From Methyloligella sp. (GTDB taxonomy: Bacteria > Pseudomonadota > Alphaproteobacteria > Rhizobiales > JALUTE01), in the NCBI GenBank assembly GCA_027058255.1, contig JALUTE010000080.1, positions 1 to 39,441 of the forward strand: a stretch of 39,441 nucleotides of DNA, written 5' to 3'. The position numbers were made by a program, and so were the translations under genes. The notes under the pieces are model-generated. The model did no database searches, was not told where the DNA came from, and saw only the letters and a program-made list of their open reading frames with translations. The first letter of the stretch is position 1, and each line of letters starts with the position of its first letter. This document shows, in pieces, positions 9,029-18,129 of the stretch.

Positions 9029-10603
9029 TTATGCCGCGCCGGTCTGCAGCGCCAGCTTCTTCTGGCGCCGGCGCTGCACCGAGGAGGGAATGCGCATGGC
9101 CTCGCGAAATATCGCGACCGTGCGCCGGGCGATGTCGATGCCCTCGGCCCGAAGGCGCGCGACGATCTTGTCGTCGGAGAGCACATTGTCCACGGTCTCG
9201 GCCTCGATGAGCTGGCGGATGCGATGGCGCACCGCCTCGGAGGAATGCGCCTCGCCGGCGCCCGAGGAGGCAATGGCCGAGGTGAAGAAATATTTGAGCT
9301 CGAAAATGCCGCGCGCGGTGGCCATGTATTTGTTGGACGTGACGCGGCTTACCGTCGATTCGTGCATGCCGATGGCATCGGCGACGGTGCGCAGATTGAG
9401 CGGGCGCAGATATTGCACGCCGTGGGTGAGGAAGGCGTCCTGCTGGCGGACGATCTCCTCCGCCACCTTGAGAATGGTGCGCGCCCGCTGGTCGAGGCTT
9501 TTCACGAGCCAGCTTGCCGTCTGCAGGCAGTCGGAGAGATAGCCCTTGTCCTTCGGGTTCGTGGCGGTCTTGGCGACGGTCGTGTAGTAGCTGCGGTTGA
9601 CCAGCACCTTGGGCAGGGTCTCGGCATTGAGCTCGATGTGCCAGCTCCCGTCCGCGCGGGCGCGCACGATGACGTCGGGCACCACCGGCTGCACCGTGAC
9701 GGAGCCGAATTTGAGCCCCGGCTTGGGGTTGAGCCGCTTGATCTCGGCGATCATGTCGGCAAGGTCCTCGGCGCTGGCGCCGCAGGCCTTCCTCAGGGCC
9801 GCCATGTCGTGGGCCGCGAGAAGGTGCAGATTGTCCAGCAAGGCGGCGATGGCCGGGTCGAAGCGGTTCTGCTCCTTGAGCTGAAGGGCGAGGCATTCGC
9901 CGAGGTCCCGGGCGAACACGCCCGCCGGATCGAAGGTCTGGAGCGTGGCGAGGGTGTCCTCCACCAGGGCCAGATCCGCGCCGAGGCGCTCGGCAAGGCC
10001 GGCAAGATCGCCCGTCAGATAGCCGGCCTCGTCCACCATGTCGATGAGATGCACGCCGATCATGCGCCGCACGGGATCGCCGATGGCGAGGTGAAGCTGG
10101 TCGGTCAGATGATCGCGCAGGGTGCGCTCCTCGCTCACATAGGCTTCAAGGTCGGGCGCGCCCTCGCCCCCCATGCCGGCGCCGGCGCGCACCGACGACC
10201 AGTCGAGGCCGGTCTGCGGACCCATGTCCGCGCCGCTCACGCCATTGGCGCCGAGGTCGCCGGGTCCGGAATCGGGAAACACATTGTCGTAATCGGTATC
10301 GAGAATCTGGGCCGGGTCGCCGGCCGCCTGTCCACTCTCCAGCCAGGTGTCGGTCCGGGTGGCATCCTCCACCTCGAGCGCATCCACCGTCGCCGGTGCC
10401 TCGCCCGCCTCCGCGGCGATGGCCGCTCCCACGGGCTCCTCGCCCTCGGCGCGCTCCAGCAGCGGGTTGCGCTCCAGCTCCTCCTCCACGAAGGCGGAGA
10501 GCTCCAGATTCGACAATTGCAACAGCTTGATCGCCTGCTGCAATTGCGGCGTCATCACCAGCGACTGGCTCTGCCGGAGCTCCATTTTCGTCGAGAGCGC
10601 CAT
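9029..10603 (-). CDS. rpoN: RNA polymerase sigma-54 factor
   Basis: Lies within ORF 9029..10624, with the start at ATG 10603. Region I reads MALSTKMELRQSQSLVMTPQLQQAIKLLQLSNLEL. The C-terminal RpoN box is ARRTVAIFREAMRIPSS. It lies downstream of lptB, the usual arrangement. Confidence 0.95.
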   Translation of the reverse strand: MALSTKMELRQSQSLVMTPQLQQAIKLLQLSNLELSAFVEEELERNPLLERAEGEEPVGAAIAAEAGEAPATVDALEVEDATRTDTWLESGQAAGDPAQILDTDYDNVFPDSGPGDLGANGVSGADMGPQTGLDWSSVRAGAGMGGEGAPDLEAYVSEERTLRDHLTDQLHLAIGDPVRRMIGVHLIDMVDEAGYLTGDLAGLAERLGADLALVEDTLATLQTFDPAGVFARDLGECLALQLKEQNRFDPAIAALLDNLHLLAAHDMAALRKACGASAEDLADMIAEIKRLNPKPGLKFGSVTVQPVVPDVIVRARADGSWHIELNAETLPKVLVNRSYYTTVAKTATNPKDKGYLSDCLQTASWLVKSLDQRARTILKVAEEIVRQQDAFLTHGVQYLRPLNLRTVADAIGMHESTVSRVTSNKYMATARGIFELKYFFTSAIASSGAGEAHSSEAVRHRIRQLIEAETVDNVLSDDKIVARLRAEGIDIARRTVAIFREAMRIPSSVQRRRQKKLALQTGAA

Positions 10604-10643
10604 GGGCGTTGCCACCTCCCTCAACCCAAACTCGCAGTCCGCC

Positions 10644-11558
10644 TCATGGTGAGGGGTCCTGGTTAAGGAACATGTCTCCGAGATAGACTCGCTGCACCTC
10701 CTTGTTCTCTATGATTTCCCAAGGCTTACCCTGTGTCAGAACCTGACCGTCATAGATGATGTAGGCGCGGTCGATGAGCTCCAGCGTCTCGCGGACATTG
10801 TGGTCGGTAATCAGCACGCCGATGCCGCGCTCCTTGAGATGGCGCACCAGGGCGCGAATGTCGCCGATGGCAATGGGGTCGATGCCGGCGAAGGGCTCGT
10901 CGAGCAGGATGTAGCTCGGCCGGCTGGCGAGCGCCCGGGCGATCTCGCAGCGCCGCCGCTCTCCCCCCGAGAGCGCGATCGAGGGGGTCTTGCGCAACCG
11001 CTCGATGCCAAACTCCTCCAGAAGGCTGTCGAGCTGCTCGCGCCGCGCCTTGCGGTCGGGCTCGACGAGCTCCAGCACGGCGAGGATGTTCTGCTCCACG
11101 GTGAGCCCGCGAAAGATCGAGGCCTCCTGCGGCAGATAGCCGATGCCGAGCCGCGCGCGGCGATACATGGGCAGGCGGGTGACGTCGAACCCGTCGATGA
11201 GGATCTGCCCCTCATCCGCCGGGATGAGGCCGGTGATCATGTAGAAGACGGTGGTCTTTCCCGCCCCGTTGGGTCCCAGGAGGCCCACCGCCTCGCCGCG
11301 CCCGACATCGAGGCTGACGCCACGCACCACGGGCCGGCGCTTGAAGCTCTTGACGACGTGCTGGACGGTGAGCCAGCCCTCGCCGACACGCGGCGGCGTG
11401 TGCGGGTCGCGGGCGGCCTCGTCGATGGGCGCGAGGGCATGGCCGTTCTGCGCCTGCGGGCCGGCGTCGCCATCAGCCGGCGCACGCGTCTCGGCGGGCG
11501 GGAGGGCCTTGCGCCGCCCGCGCGATGCGATGGATCGAAAACTGTCGAACACGCCCAA
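10644..11558 (-). CDS. lptB: LPS export ABC transporter ATP-binding protein
   Basis: Walker A is GPNGAGKTT, the signature is LSGGERRR and Walker B is ILLDEPFAGIDP. It sits between lptA and rpoN. An N-terminal extension of about 65 aa is low-complexity, so the true start is uncertain. Confidence 0.92.
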   Translation of the reverse strand: MGVFDSFRSIASRGRRKALPPAETRAPADGDAGPQAQNGHALAPIDEAARDPHTPPRVGEGWLTVQHVVKSFKRRPVVRGVSLDVGRGEAVGLLGPNGAGKTTVFYMITGLIPADEGQILIDGFDVTRLPMYRRARLGIGYLPQEASIFRGLTVEQNILAVLELVEPDRKARREQLDSLLEEFGIERLRKTPSIALSGGERRRCEIARALASRPSYILLDEPFAGIDPIAIGDIRALVRHLKERGIGVLITDHNVRETLELIDRAYIIYDGQVLTQGKPWEIIENKEVQRVYLGDMFLNQDPSP

Positions 11559-11603
11559 ATCGCTCTTCCTCGGCCGCCATCCATCCGGCCCGGTCGCCGA
11601 ACC

Positions 11604-12419
11604 CTATTGGCTCGCCGCATCCTCGCTGAGGACCGGGCTCGAGCTCACCCCCGTTTGCCGGCGCGGCTCCACATCCACGCGCCAGGCCGCGCCATCCCCG
11701 GCGCCACCGGTGCCATGCGCAGTGCCACTGCCCGCGGCGGCGGTGCCGTCCCGTCGGCTCCTGCCGGTGCCCCGGCTTGCCTTGCCGCCCTTGCCCGCTT
11801 TTGCGCCCTTGCGTGCCTTCTCCTTGCGCGGGCGAGGCTTGACGAGCATGCGCACCCGCCGCTTGCTCATCTCGAAACGGGTCCGGCCGGTGGCGAGGTC
11901 GATCACCACCTTCTCGGCCTTTATCACATCGCCATTTTGCGACAAGATCACATTGCCGCCAATGGTGACCGTCTGGCCGGCGACGTCGAATATGGCCCAG
12001 TCGCTGGTTGCCGAGCGCTTGTCCTTGGACGTGATCAGCACCTTGCCGCGCGCATCGATCCGACGGATCTGCGAGCTGCCGGCCGCGCCGGCCTCGGGCT
12101 TGCGCGCCGCCTGGCCCGAGCCGCCCGCGCCGGCGGACCCCGTATAGGTGACCAGCATCTCCTTGGCCCGCAGGGTGAATGCTCCCTGAACGGCTTTCAC
12201 ATTGCCGCGAAAGAGGGCGGTTTTCTTGACGTCGTCCACCTCGAGGCTGTCGGCCTCGATGTCGATGGGCGCGTCGGGATTGGTGGAAAAGCCGCCGAGC
12301 TGGTCTTTCAGCGACGTCTGGGCGAAGGCAGGGGGGACGGGCGCGAGCGCAACGAGCACCAGGGCGATCGCCGCGACGAGGCAGGAGGTGGCGCGCCGTG
12401 CAAGCGCCGGCGCGCACAT
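11604..12419 (-). CDS. lptA: LPS transport periplasmic protein LptA (OstA-like) with long basic C-terminal tail
   Basis: Starts at the in-frame ATG 12419 inside composite ORF 11604..13496. The signal peptide is MCAPALARRATSCLVAAIALVLVALAPVPPAFAQ. The OstA-like core reads PIDIEADSLEVDDVKKTALFRGNVKAVQG...GGNVILSQNGDVIKAEKVVIDLATG. It is located between lptC and lptB. Confidence 0.8.
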   Translation of the reverse strand: MCAPALARRATSCLVAAIALVLVALAPVPPAFAQTSLKDQLGGFSTNPDAPIDIEADSLEVDDVKKTALFRGNVKAVQGAFTLRAKEMLVTYTGSAGAGGSGQAARKPEAGAAGSSQIRRIDARGKVLITSKDKRSATSDWAIFDVAGQTVTIGGNVILSQNGDVIKAEKVVIDLATGRTRFEMSKRRVRMLVKPRPRKEKARKGAKAGKGGKASRGTGRSRRDGTAAAGSGTAHGTGGAGDGAAWRVDVEPRRQTGVSSSPVLSEDAASQ

Positions 12420-12469
12420 GCCTCTGCCTCTCCCCTGGCCCTTATCTGCGCACATGTCGCGTTTCTGCC

Positions 12470-13225
12470 TCATTGTCGTCCTCGCAGCATGGGTGGGCTC
12501 TGCGCCCGTTCGCCGCTCCGGTCGCCCCGCCCGCTTCGCCCGGGGGAGCCGGGGCGCTTCCTGATCCGCACCCGAACCGCCCCTGTAAAGAGGACCCGTT
12601 TCTCTTTCGACCATAACACCATTTGCTGCGCTTGAACCCTGCCGTTCAACATATCGACCCGGACGGGCTCTTTCGAGACCACCTTCTGTGCGTCGAGGAA
12701 GAGCCGCGCACTGGAGAGGTACGCCTTCAGCCCATTGCTCGTCACAGCCCGGATCGTCCCGGAGAGGTCGAGCGTCTTGTCCTTCACATTGTAGAGCCCC
12801 TGATCCGCGGTGAGCCGTGAGGGCGTCCTGTCCGCCGGCTGTGTGAGGCGTGCGTCGATGCCGAACAGCCGGATGAGGTCCGGGGCGGTCGGGTCGTGCC
12901 GGGACTTGCGTGCCGTGATCCGGAAGCGCCCGTTCTGGTCGGTGATCCCGGTCATCTCGGGGCGGACCATCTCGAGATGCTTGCCGAGTGTGCGCACCGC
13001 TTCGACACGCACGGAGACCCCGTTCGCGGAATAGTCGAGGTCGAGGCTGACGAAATAGAGCCCGGCGATGGCGACCGCGATGAGTGGAAGGGCGATGCGC
13101 AGGGTGCGAACGAGCAGGCTGTGAAGGCGCGCCCGGCGGATCGCCTTGCTGCGGTCGATGCCCGTCTTGAGGGACGAGAACCGAGCGGGCTGCTCGGCGG
13201 GCGCGCTGCTCGCCTGAATGGTCAT
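12470..13225 (-). CDS. lptC: LPS export system protein LptC-like
   Basis: Starts at ATG 13225 inside ORF 12470..13606. It has a single N-terminal TM helix (LRIALPLIAVAIAGLYFVSL) followed by a beta-rich periplasmic domain, and lies immediately upstream of lptA. The call rests mainly on architecture and synteny. Confidence 0.72.
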   Translation of the reverse strand: MTIQASSAPAEQPARFSSLKTGIDRSKAIRRARLHSLLVRTLRIALPLIAVAIAGLYFVSLDLDYSANGVSVRVEAVRTLGKHLEMVRPEMTGITDQNGRFRITARKSRHDPTAPDLIRLFGIDARLTQPADRTPSRLTADQGLYNVKDKTLDLSGTIRAVTSNGLKAYLSSARLFLDAQKVVSKEPVRVDMLNGRVQAQQMVLWSKEKRVLFTGAVRVRIRKRPGSPGRSGRGDRSGERAQSPPMLRGRQ

Positions 13226-13520
13226 TGCGATGGCGGTTCCGTTCCTTACGCGCGGGCGCGTTGGCACTGATCGAGGAGATGGGGCCCGTTCGCCCGCTCT
13301 CGGCGGTGCCTCGGGGAGCCTCGATGGCACCATAGCGCAAAACTGGGACACAATGGGACCGCTGGCAAGCCGCCCCGCGCGCCACCGGGCACATCGCACG
13401 GAGCGTCGTGTCGGGCCTCGCGCCCAGAGCCGGCGGTACGGGCAAACCCGCGCGTTGCGCCTCATGCCAGCCCCGGCAAAGGCGAGCCCCGCGCAATCAG
13501 TCCGGTGATCCGGCGCGCAC

Positions 13521-14132
13521 TCAGTGCGAAAAAATGTCCTCGCCCGACCAGCCGGCGAGGTCGAGCCGCGCCCGCGTCGGCAGGAAATCGAAACAGGCCC
13601 GGGCAAGCTCGGTCCGGCCCTCGCGGGCGAGGCGCGCGTCGAGCTGATCCTTCAGCGCGTGCAGATAAAGCACGTCCGAGGCGGCATAGCTCTGCTGTGC
13701 GTCGCTCAGCTCCGGCGCGCCCCAGTCCGAGCTCTGGCTCTGCTTGGAGAGGTCGTGGCCGAGCAGCTCCTTCACGAGATCCTTGAGGCCATGCTTGTCG
13801 GTATAGGTGCGCGTGAGCTTGGATGCGATCTTGGTGCAGTAGCAGGGCGTGGCCATCACCCCCAGATGATGAAACAGCGTGGCGAGATCGAACCGGGCAT
13901 AGTGGAAAATCTTCACAAGGCCCGGGTCGGCGAGCACGGATTTGAGGCGGGGCGCGTCGTAGCGGGGCTCGGGGAACTGGACGAGATGCGCCGTCCCATT
14001 GCCGGCCGAGAGCTGCACCAGGCAGAGGCGGTCGCGAAAAGGATTGAGCCCGAGAGTCTCGGTGTCGACCGCGAGCGCCCCCTCGAATGTGAGGCCCTCC
14101 GGCAGGTCGAAGCGGTGAAGGTGGACGGTCAT
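13521..14132 (-). CDS. rnd: short RNase D-like DEDDy 3'-5' exonuclease
   Basis: This is the last 203 codons of composite ORF 13521..16358, from ATG 14132 (MTVHLHRFDLPEGL...). Exo motifs are AVDTETLGL, KIFHYARFDL and SYAASDVLYLH. The rest of the 945-aa ORF is antisense to aroK/aroB. Confidence 0.85.
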   Translation of the reverse strand: MTVHLHRFDLPEGLTFEGALAVDTETLGLNPFRDRLCLVQLSAGNGTAHLVQFPEPRYDAPRLKSVLADPGLVKIFHYARFDLATLFHHLGVMATPCYCTKIASKLTRTYTDKHGLKDLVKELLGHDLSKQSQSSDWGAPELSDAQQSYAASDVLYLHALKDQLDARLAREGRTELARACFDFLPTRARLDLAGWSGEDIFSH

Positions 14133-14259
14133 GGCGGGCCGTGATTGCGGTTGGTCGGGACACAAGTGCGGCGCAGTGCCCATGCTGTCAAGTCGCAATC
14201 GTCCCGCCCGGCCGCGCTTTTTCGGATGGGAGCGCCTGTGGCGGCAGAGCCCGTTGCTC

Positions 14260-14288
14260 CTTGATCGCGTCCTGCAACCCCCTATCAT
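14260..14288 (+). promoter_or_regulatory. candidate sigma-70 promoter for aroK-aroB
   Basis: CTTGAT (14260-65), a 17-nt spacer, then TATCAT (14283-88). This resembles the alphaproteobacterial consensus CTTGAC-N17-CTATAT and lies in the rnd/aroK divergent intergenic region. It is a pattern match only. Confidence 0.3.
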
Positions 14289-14474
14289 GGCGGGAGCGCT
14301 CCGGAGCAGGGGCGGCGCAAAGAGCGCGGACGCCGCCATGGGATGGGCGGCGCAAGGGGCGCATGGGGCGCGAGGGGCTGACGGGGCGAGAGGCGAGCGA
14401 GAGCGATGCGGTTTGGTTTCAGACGGCGCCGGCGCGACAAGGCTGCGGGCGAGCGGCGGGGCGGGCGCGATGCG

Positions 14475-15050
14475 ATGGCCGAGGAGATCGCCGCGATTCG
14501 CTCGCGGCTCGATGGGCGCTCGATCGTGCTCGTCGGCCTCATGGGGGCCGGCAAGACCTCGATCGGCCGGCGACTGGCTGCCCGCCTCGATCTTCCCTTC
14601 ACCGATGCGGATCGCGAGATCGAGGAAGCCGCCGGCAAGACGGTCGCGGAAATCTTCGCCGATCATGGCGAGGACTATTTCCGGGCCGGGGAGCGCAAGG
14701 TCATTGCCCGCCTCCTCGGCAACGGTCCGCAGGTGCTTGCCACGGGCGGCGGGGCCTTCATGAACGCCGAGACGCGCGGCGCCATCGCCGAGCGGGGCGT
14801 CTCGGTCTGGCTGAAGGCCGATCTCGAGGTTCTGCTCGAGCGGGTGCTCCGGCGCAACACGCGCCCGCTCCTGCGCCAAGGCGATCCGCGCGCCACCATG
14901 GAGCGCCTCGTGAAGGAGCGCTATCCGGTCTACGAGAGGGCCGATGTGACGGTGGAAAGCCGCGATGTCCCGCACGAGGTGGTCGTCGGCGAGATCATCA
15001 GGGCGCTGGCCGAGACGCCGGTTCTGGATGCGGGCTCCGGGGCCTGCTAA
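14475..15050 (+). CDS. aroK: shikimate kinase
   Basis: Lies within ORF 14406..15050. Walker A is GLMGAGKTSIGRRLA, followed by DADREIE...IFADHGEDYFRAGE. The start is ambiguous: ATG 14406 or ATG 14475 (MAEEIAAIRSRLDGRSIVLVG). Confidence 0.88.
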   Translation: MAEEIAAIRSRLDGRSIVLVGLMGAGKTSIGRRLAARLDLPFTDADREIEEAAGKTVAEIFADHGEDYFRAGERKVIARLLGNGPQVLATGGGAFMNAETRGAIAERGVSVWLKADLEVLLERVLRRNTRPLLRQGDPRATMERLVKERYPVYERADVTVESRDVPHEVVVGEIIRALAETPVLDAGSGAC

Positions 15051-15188
15051 GAGGGGCCTGACGGTTGTCCGATGGCGTCGACGCAGGCGCTCTCCTGCTT
15101 GCGGGATTTTGCGGGCCATCCCATCTCTCGCATGTCCGTCTGCGGCGGCCATCGCTCGCCCGCACACGCACGAACGGAAGAGGAGTCC

Positions 15189-16367
15189 ATGGCAGTGGAT
15201 GCAGATCGGGCCGAGGCCCGTGCCGCCCCGGAGAGCGGGAGCGGCGGCGCAGCCCGGCGCGTTCCGGTGGCGCTCGGTGCGCGCAGCTATGACATCGTGA
15301 TCGGGCCGGGCCTGCTCGCGCAGGCGGGCGAGCGGATTGCGGCGGCGGCTCCCGGGGCCAAATGCGCGATCGTCACCGACGAGACGGTCGCCGGCCATCA
15401 CCTGCCCGCCCTCGAGAGCAGCCTGGCGGCGACGGGCCTTCACGCGGGCACCATCGTCCTGCCGCCCGGCGAGGCGACGAAATCCTTCTCCGAGCTTGCG
15501 CGCCTGTCGGAGGCCCTGCTCGAGCTTGCCATTGAGCGCGGCGATCTGGTGGTGGCGTTCGGCGGCGGCGTGATCGGCGATCTTGCCGGTTTCGCGGCCT
15601 CGATCCTGCGCCGCGGCGTGCGCGTCGTTCAGATTCCGACCACGCTTCTGGCGCAGGTGGACTCGTCGGTCGGCGGCAAGACCGGCATCAACACGCCCCA
15701 GGGCAAGAACCTCATCGGCACCTTCCACCAGCCCTCGCTCGTCCTGGCCGATCTCGACGTGCTCAAGACCCTGGACCCGCGCCAGTTCCGGGCCGGCTAT
15801 GCGGAAATCGTCAAATATGGCCTCATTCGCGACGCCCGCTTCTTCGACTGGCTCGAGCGCCACGCGGGGGACATCTTCGCCCTGAGCCCGGACGCCCTTG
15901 GCGAGGCGGTGGAGCGAAGCTGCAAGGCCAAGGCCGAGATCGTGGCGATGGATGAGCGCGAGTCCGGCATGCGCGCCCTTCTCAATCTCGGCCACACCTT
16001 CGGCCATGCCCTGGAGGGCTGGTCCGGCTATTCGGACCGTCTCCTGCACGGCGAGGCCGTCGCCATCGGCATGTGCCTCGCCTTCGAGCTCTCGGTGGAG
16101 CTCGGCCTGTGTGGGGCCGATGCGCTGGAGCGCGTGCGCGGCCACCTTACAGCCGTCGGCCTGCCGACCCGCATCGAAGACATCGCCGGCGAGGCGCGCC
16201 CCGATGCACAGCGGCTGCTTGCCTATATGGCCCAGGACAAGAAGGTCGCGGGCGGCACGCTGGCGCTGGTGCTCGCGCGCGGCATCGGCGAGGCGTTCAT
16301 AACCCGGGATGTCGCGGCGGACCGGCTCGCCCGCTTCCTCGCCGCGCGGCTCCGCCATGACTCATGA
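15189..16367 (+). CDS. aroB: 3-dehydroquinate synthase
   Basis: Lies within ORF 15072..16367, with the start at ATG 15189 preceded by GGAAGAGGAG. Motifs are GGGVIGDLAGFAA, VDSSVGGKTGIN and NLGHTFGHALE. It lies downstream of aroK, the usual arrangement. Confidence 0.92.
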   Translation: MAVDADRAEARAAPESGSGGAARRVPVALGARSYDIVIGPGLLAQAGERIAAAAPGAKCAIVTDETVAGHHLPALESSLAATGLHAGTIVLPPGEATKSFSELARLSEALLELAIERGDLVVAFGGGVIGDLAGFAASILRRGVRVVQIPTTLLAQVDSSVGGKTGINTPQGKNLIGTFHQPSLVLADLDVLKTLDPRQFRAGYAEIVKYGLIRDARFFDWLERHAGDIFALSPDALGEAVERSCKAKAEIVAMDERESGMRALLNLGHTFGHALEGWSGYSDRLLHGEAVAIGMCLAFELSVELGLCGADALERVRGHLTAVGLPTRIEDIAGEARPDAQRLLAYMAQDKKVAGGTLALVLARGIGEAFITRDVAADRLARFLAARLRHDS

Positions 16368-16385
16368 GCGCCGCGAGAGGTTTCG

Positions 16386-17666
16386 ATGACGCTTGAGCTT
16401 GCACTCATCCTTGCGGGGATCTTCGTTCTGCTCGCCCTCTCCGCCTTTTTCTCGGGCTCGGAGACGGCGCTGACCGCCGCATCCAGGGCCCGCATCCACA
16501 GACTGGAAGAGCAGGGCGATGCGCGCGCACGCCTCGTGGGGCGGCTCATCGCCGAGCCCGAGCGTCTTCTCGGCGCCATCCTCCTTGGCAACAATCTCGT
16601 GAACATTCTCGCCTCGGCGCTGGCGACGAGCCTTTTCCTCGGCCTGTTCGGCCAGGCCGGCGTCGCCTATGCCACCATCGCCATGACAGCCCTCGTGGTC
16701 GTCTTCGCCGAGGTGCTGCCCAAGACCTATGCCATCACGGCTCCGGACCGCACCGCCCTTGCCGTCGCGCCGGTCATTCGCTGGTTCGTGCGCCTGTTCG
16801 CGCCCGTCGCCGGGGCCGTCCAGTACCTCGTGCGCGCCATGCTGCGGGCGGCCGGCCTCGAGGGCGGGGCCGCGCGCGATGCGCGGGCCGCGGAGGAGGA
16901 GATCCGCGGCGCCATCGCTCTGCATCACCGCGCGGGGGCGGTGGAGCGCACGGACCGCGACATGCTCGGCGGCATCCTCGATCTCAAGGAGCTCGAGGTG
17001 GTGGATGTCATGGTGCATCGCACCCAGATGCAGACCCTGAATGCCGATCTTGAGCCCGAGGCGCTGGTGGAGCAGGCGCTGAAGAGCCCCTATACGCGCT
17101 TGCCCGTCTGGAGCGGCGAGCCGGAGAACATTATCGGCATTCTGCATGCCAAGGACCTGCTGCGGGCCTTGAACGATCTCGACTGGGACGTCTCGAAGCT
17201 CGACGTGCGCGCCCTTTGCCTCGAGCCCTGGTACGTGCCCGACACCACCAGCCTGCAGGATCAGCTCGGCGCCTTTCTCAAGCGCAAGGCCCATTTCGCC
17301 CTCGTCGTCGACGAATATGGCGAGGTGATGGGGCTGGTGACGCTGGAGGACATCCTGGAGGAGATCGTCGGGCAGATCGCGGATGAGCACGACATCCCCG
17401 ATGCCCGCATCCGCCCCCAGCCCGACGGGAGCGTCAATGTGGACGGCACGGTGCCCATTCGCGACATCAACCGGCAGATGAACTGGAACCTGCCGGAGGA
17501 TGAGGCGACGACCATTGCGGGGCTCGTCATTCACGAGGCCCAGGCCATACCCGATCCGGGCCAGGCCTTCCAGTTCCACGGCTTTCGCTTCGAGATTCTG
17601 CGCAAGACGCGCAACAAGATCACGGCGCTTCGCATCGAGCCCGCACCGCGTGGCCGCGAGAGCTGA
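16386..17666 (+). CDS. CNNM/DUF21-CBS-CorC_HlyC family transporter-associated protein (TlyC/CorC-like)
   Basis: 426 aa. It has an N-terminal 4-TM DUF21 region, a CBS pair (...VMVHRTQM...IGILHAKDLL...) and a C-terminal CorC/HlyC domain (VNVDGTVPIRDINRQMNWNLPEDEATTIAGLV...GFRFEILRKTRNKITALRI). Confidence 0.9.
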   Translation: MTLELALILAGIFVLLALSAFFSGSETALTAASRARIHRLEEQGDARARLVGRLIAEPERLLGAILLGNNLVNILASALATSLFLGLFGQAGVAYATIAMTALVVVFAEVLPKTYAITAPDRTALAVAPVIRWFVRLFAPVAGAVQYLVRAMLRAAGLEGGAARDARAAEEEIRGAIALHHRAGAVERTDRDMLGGILDLKELEVVDVMVHRTQMQTLNADLEPEALVEQALKSPYTRLPVWSGEPENIIGILHAKDLLRALNDLDWDVSKLDVRALCLEPWYVPDTTSLQDQLGAFLKRKAHFALVVDEYGEVMGLVTLEDILEEIVGQIADEHDIPDARIRPQPDGSVNVDGTVPIRDINRQMNWNLPEDEATTIAGLVIHEAQAIPDPGQAFQFHGFRFEILRKTRNKITALRIEPAPRGRES

Positions 17667-17717
17667 GCGACGGCGGGCGAGGCGGCGTGCAACGATTGGA
17701 AAGGCGCGGGGCGATGC

Positions 17718-17987
17718 CTATATGTCGTCAGGCGCCCGCGCGTCGATGGCGAGGGCGTGAATGGGGCCGGCGAGCTCGGCCGCCAGGGCCTCGTTCACCA
17801 GCCGGTGACGCTCGAGACGCGAGAGGCCCCTGAAGCGCTCCGAGACGATGCGCACGCGGAAATGGCTCTCGCCGCTGCCCGGCGAGCCGGCATGACCGTG
17901 ATGGAGGTGGGACTCGTTGATGACCTCGATCTCGGCCGGGCCGAAGGCATCTTCGAGCCGCCTGCGGATTGTCGCATCGACGGACAT
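17718..17987 (-). CDS. BolA family protein
   Basis: 89 aa with the motif IEVINESHLHHGHAG...HFRVRIVSERFRGLSRLERHRLVNEAL, typical of BolA. Confidence 0.88.
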   Translation of the reverse strand: MSVDATIRRRLEDAFGPAEIEVINESHLHHGHAGSPGSGESHFRVRIVSERFRGLSRLERHRLVNEALAAELAGPIHALAIDARAPDDI

Positions 17988-18129
17988 TCGTCATATCCCT
18001 TAATCAAACGGAAAACGGCTGCCCATAGGCTCCGGGCCAAGGCGCTCAGGCCCGCTTAATCCACGGCCCGGGGCTTGTCAATTCGGCCGACTTGTTCCCG
18101 CCCGAGAGAGACCGCATAATCGTGACGCC

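Noticed and set aside
11604-13496. 630-aa minus-strand ORF spanning lptA and lptC.
   Set aside because: It is a composite. The C-terminal 271 codons are LptA, with its signal peptide starting at ATG 12419. The upstream part is an out-of-frame read across lptC, whose real frame is ORF 12470..13606 trimmed to ATG 13225.
14213-14222. T5 run after GC-rich sequence in the rnd/aroK intergenic region, as a possible terminator.
   Set aside because: No convincing adjacent stem exists (only 5-bp arms separated by more than 35 nt). No plus-strand gene lies upstream to terminate.
13521-16358. 945-aa minus-strand ORF.
   Set aside because: Only the last 203 codons (13521-14132) look like a protein (RNase D-like). 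The remainder is antisense to the clearly recognisable aroK and aroB genes and is Arg/Ala/Gly-rich.
16362-17579. 405-aa minus-strand ORF. Similar cases are 19921..21894- (657 aa), 23864..25267- (467 aa), 28302..30272- (656 aa), 32606..33799- (397 aa) and 33643..34842- (399 aa).
   Set aside because: Each is antisense to a gene with strong family motifs (CorC/CNNM, cobT, HdrD-like, MFS, xerD, accA). Each has the Arg/Gly/Ala/Pro-rich composition of non-coding frames in high-GC DNA.
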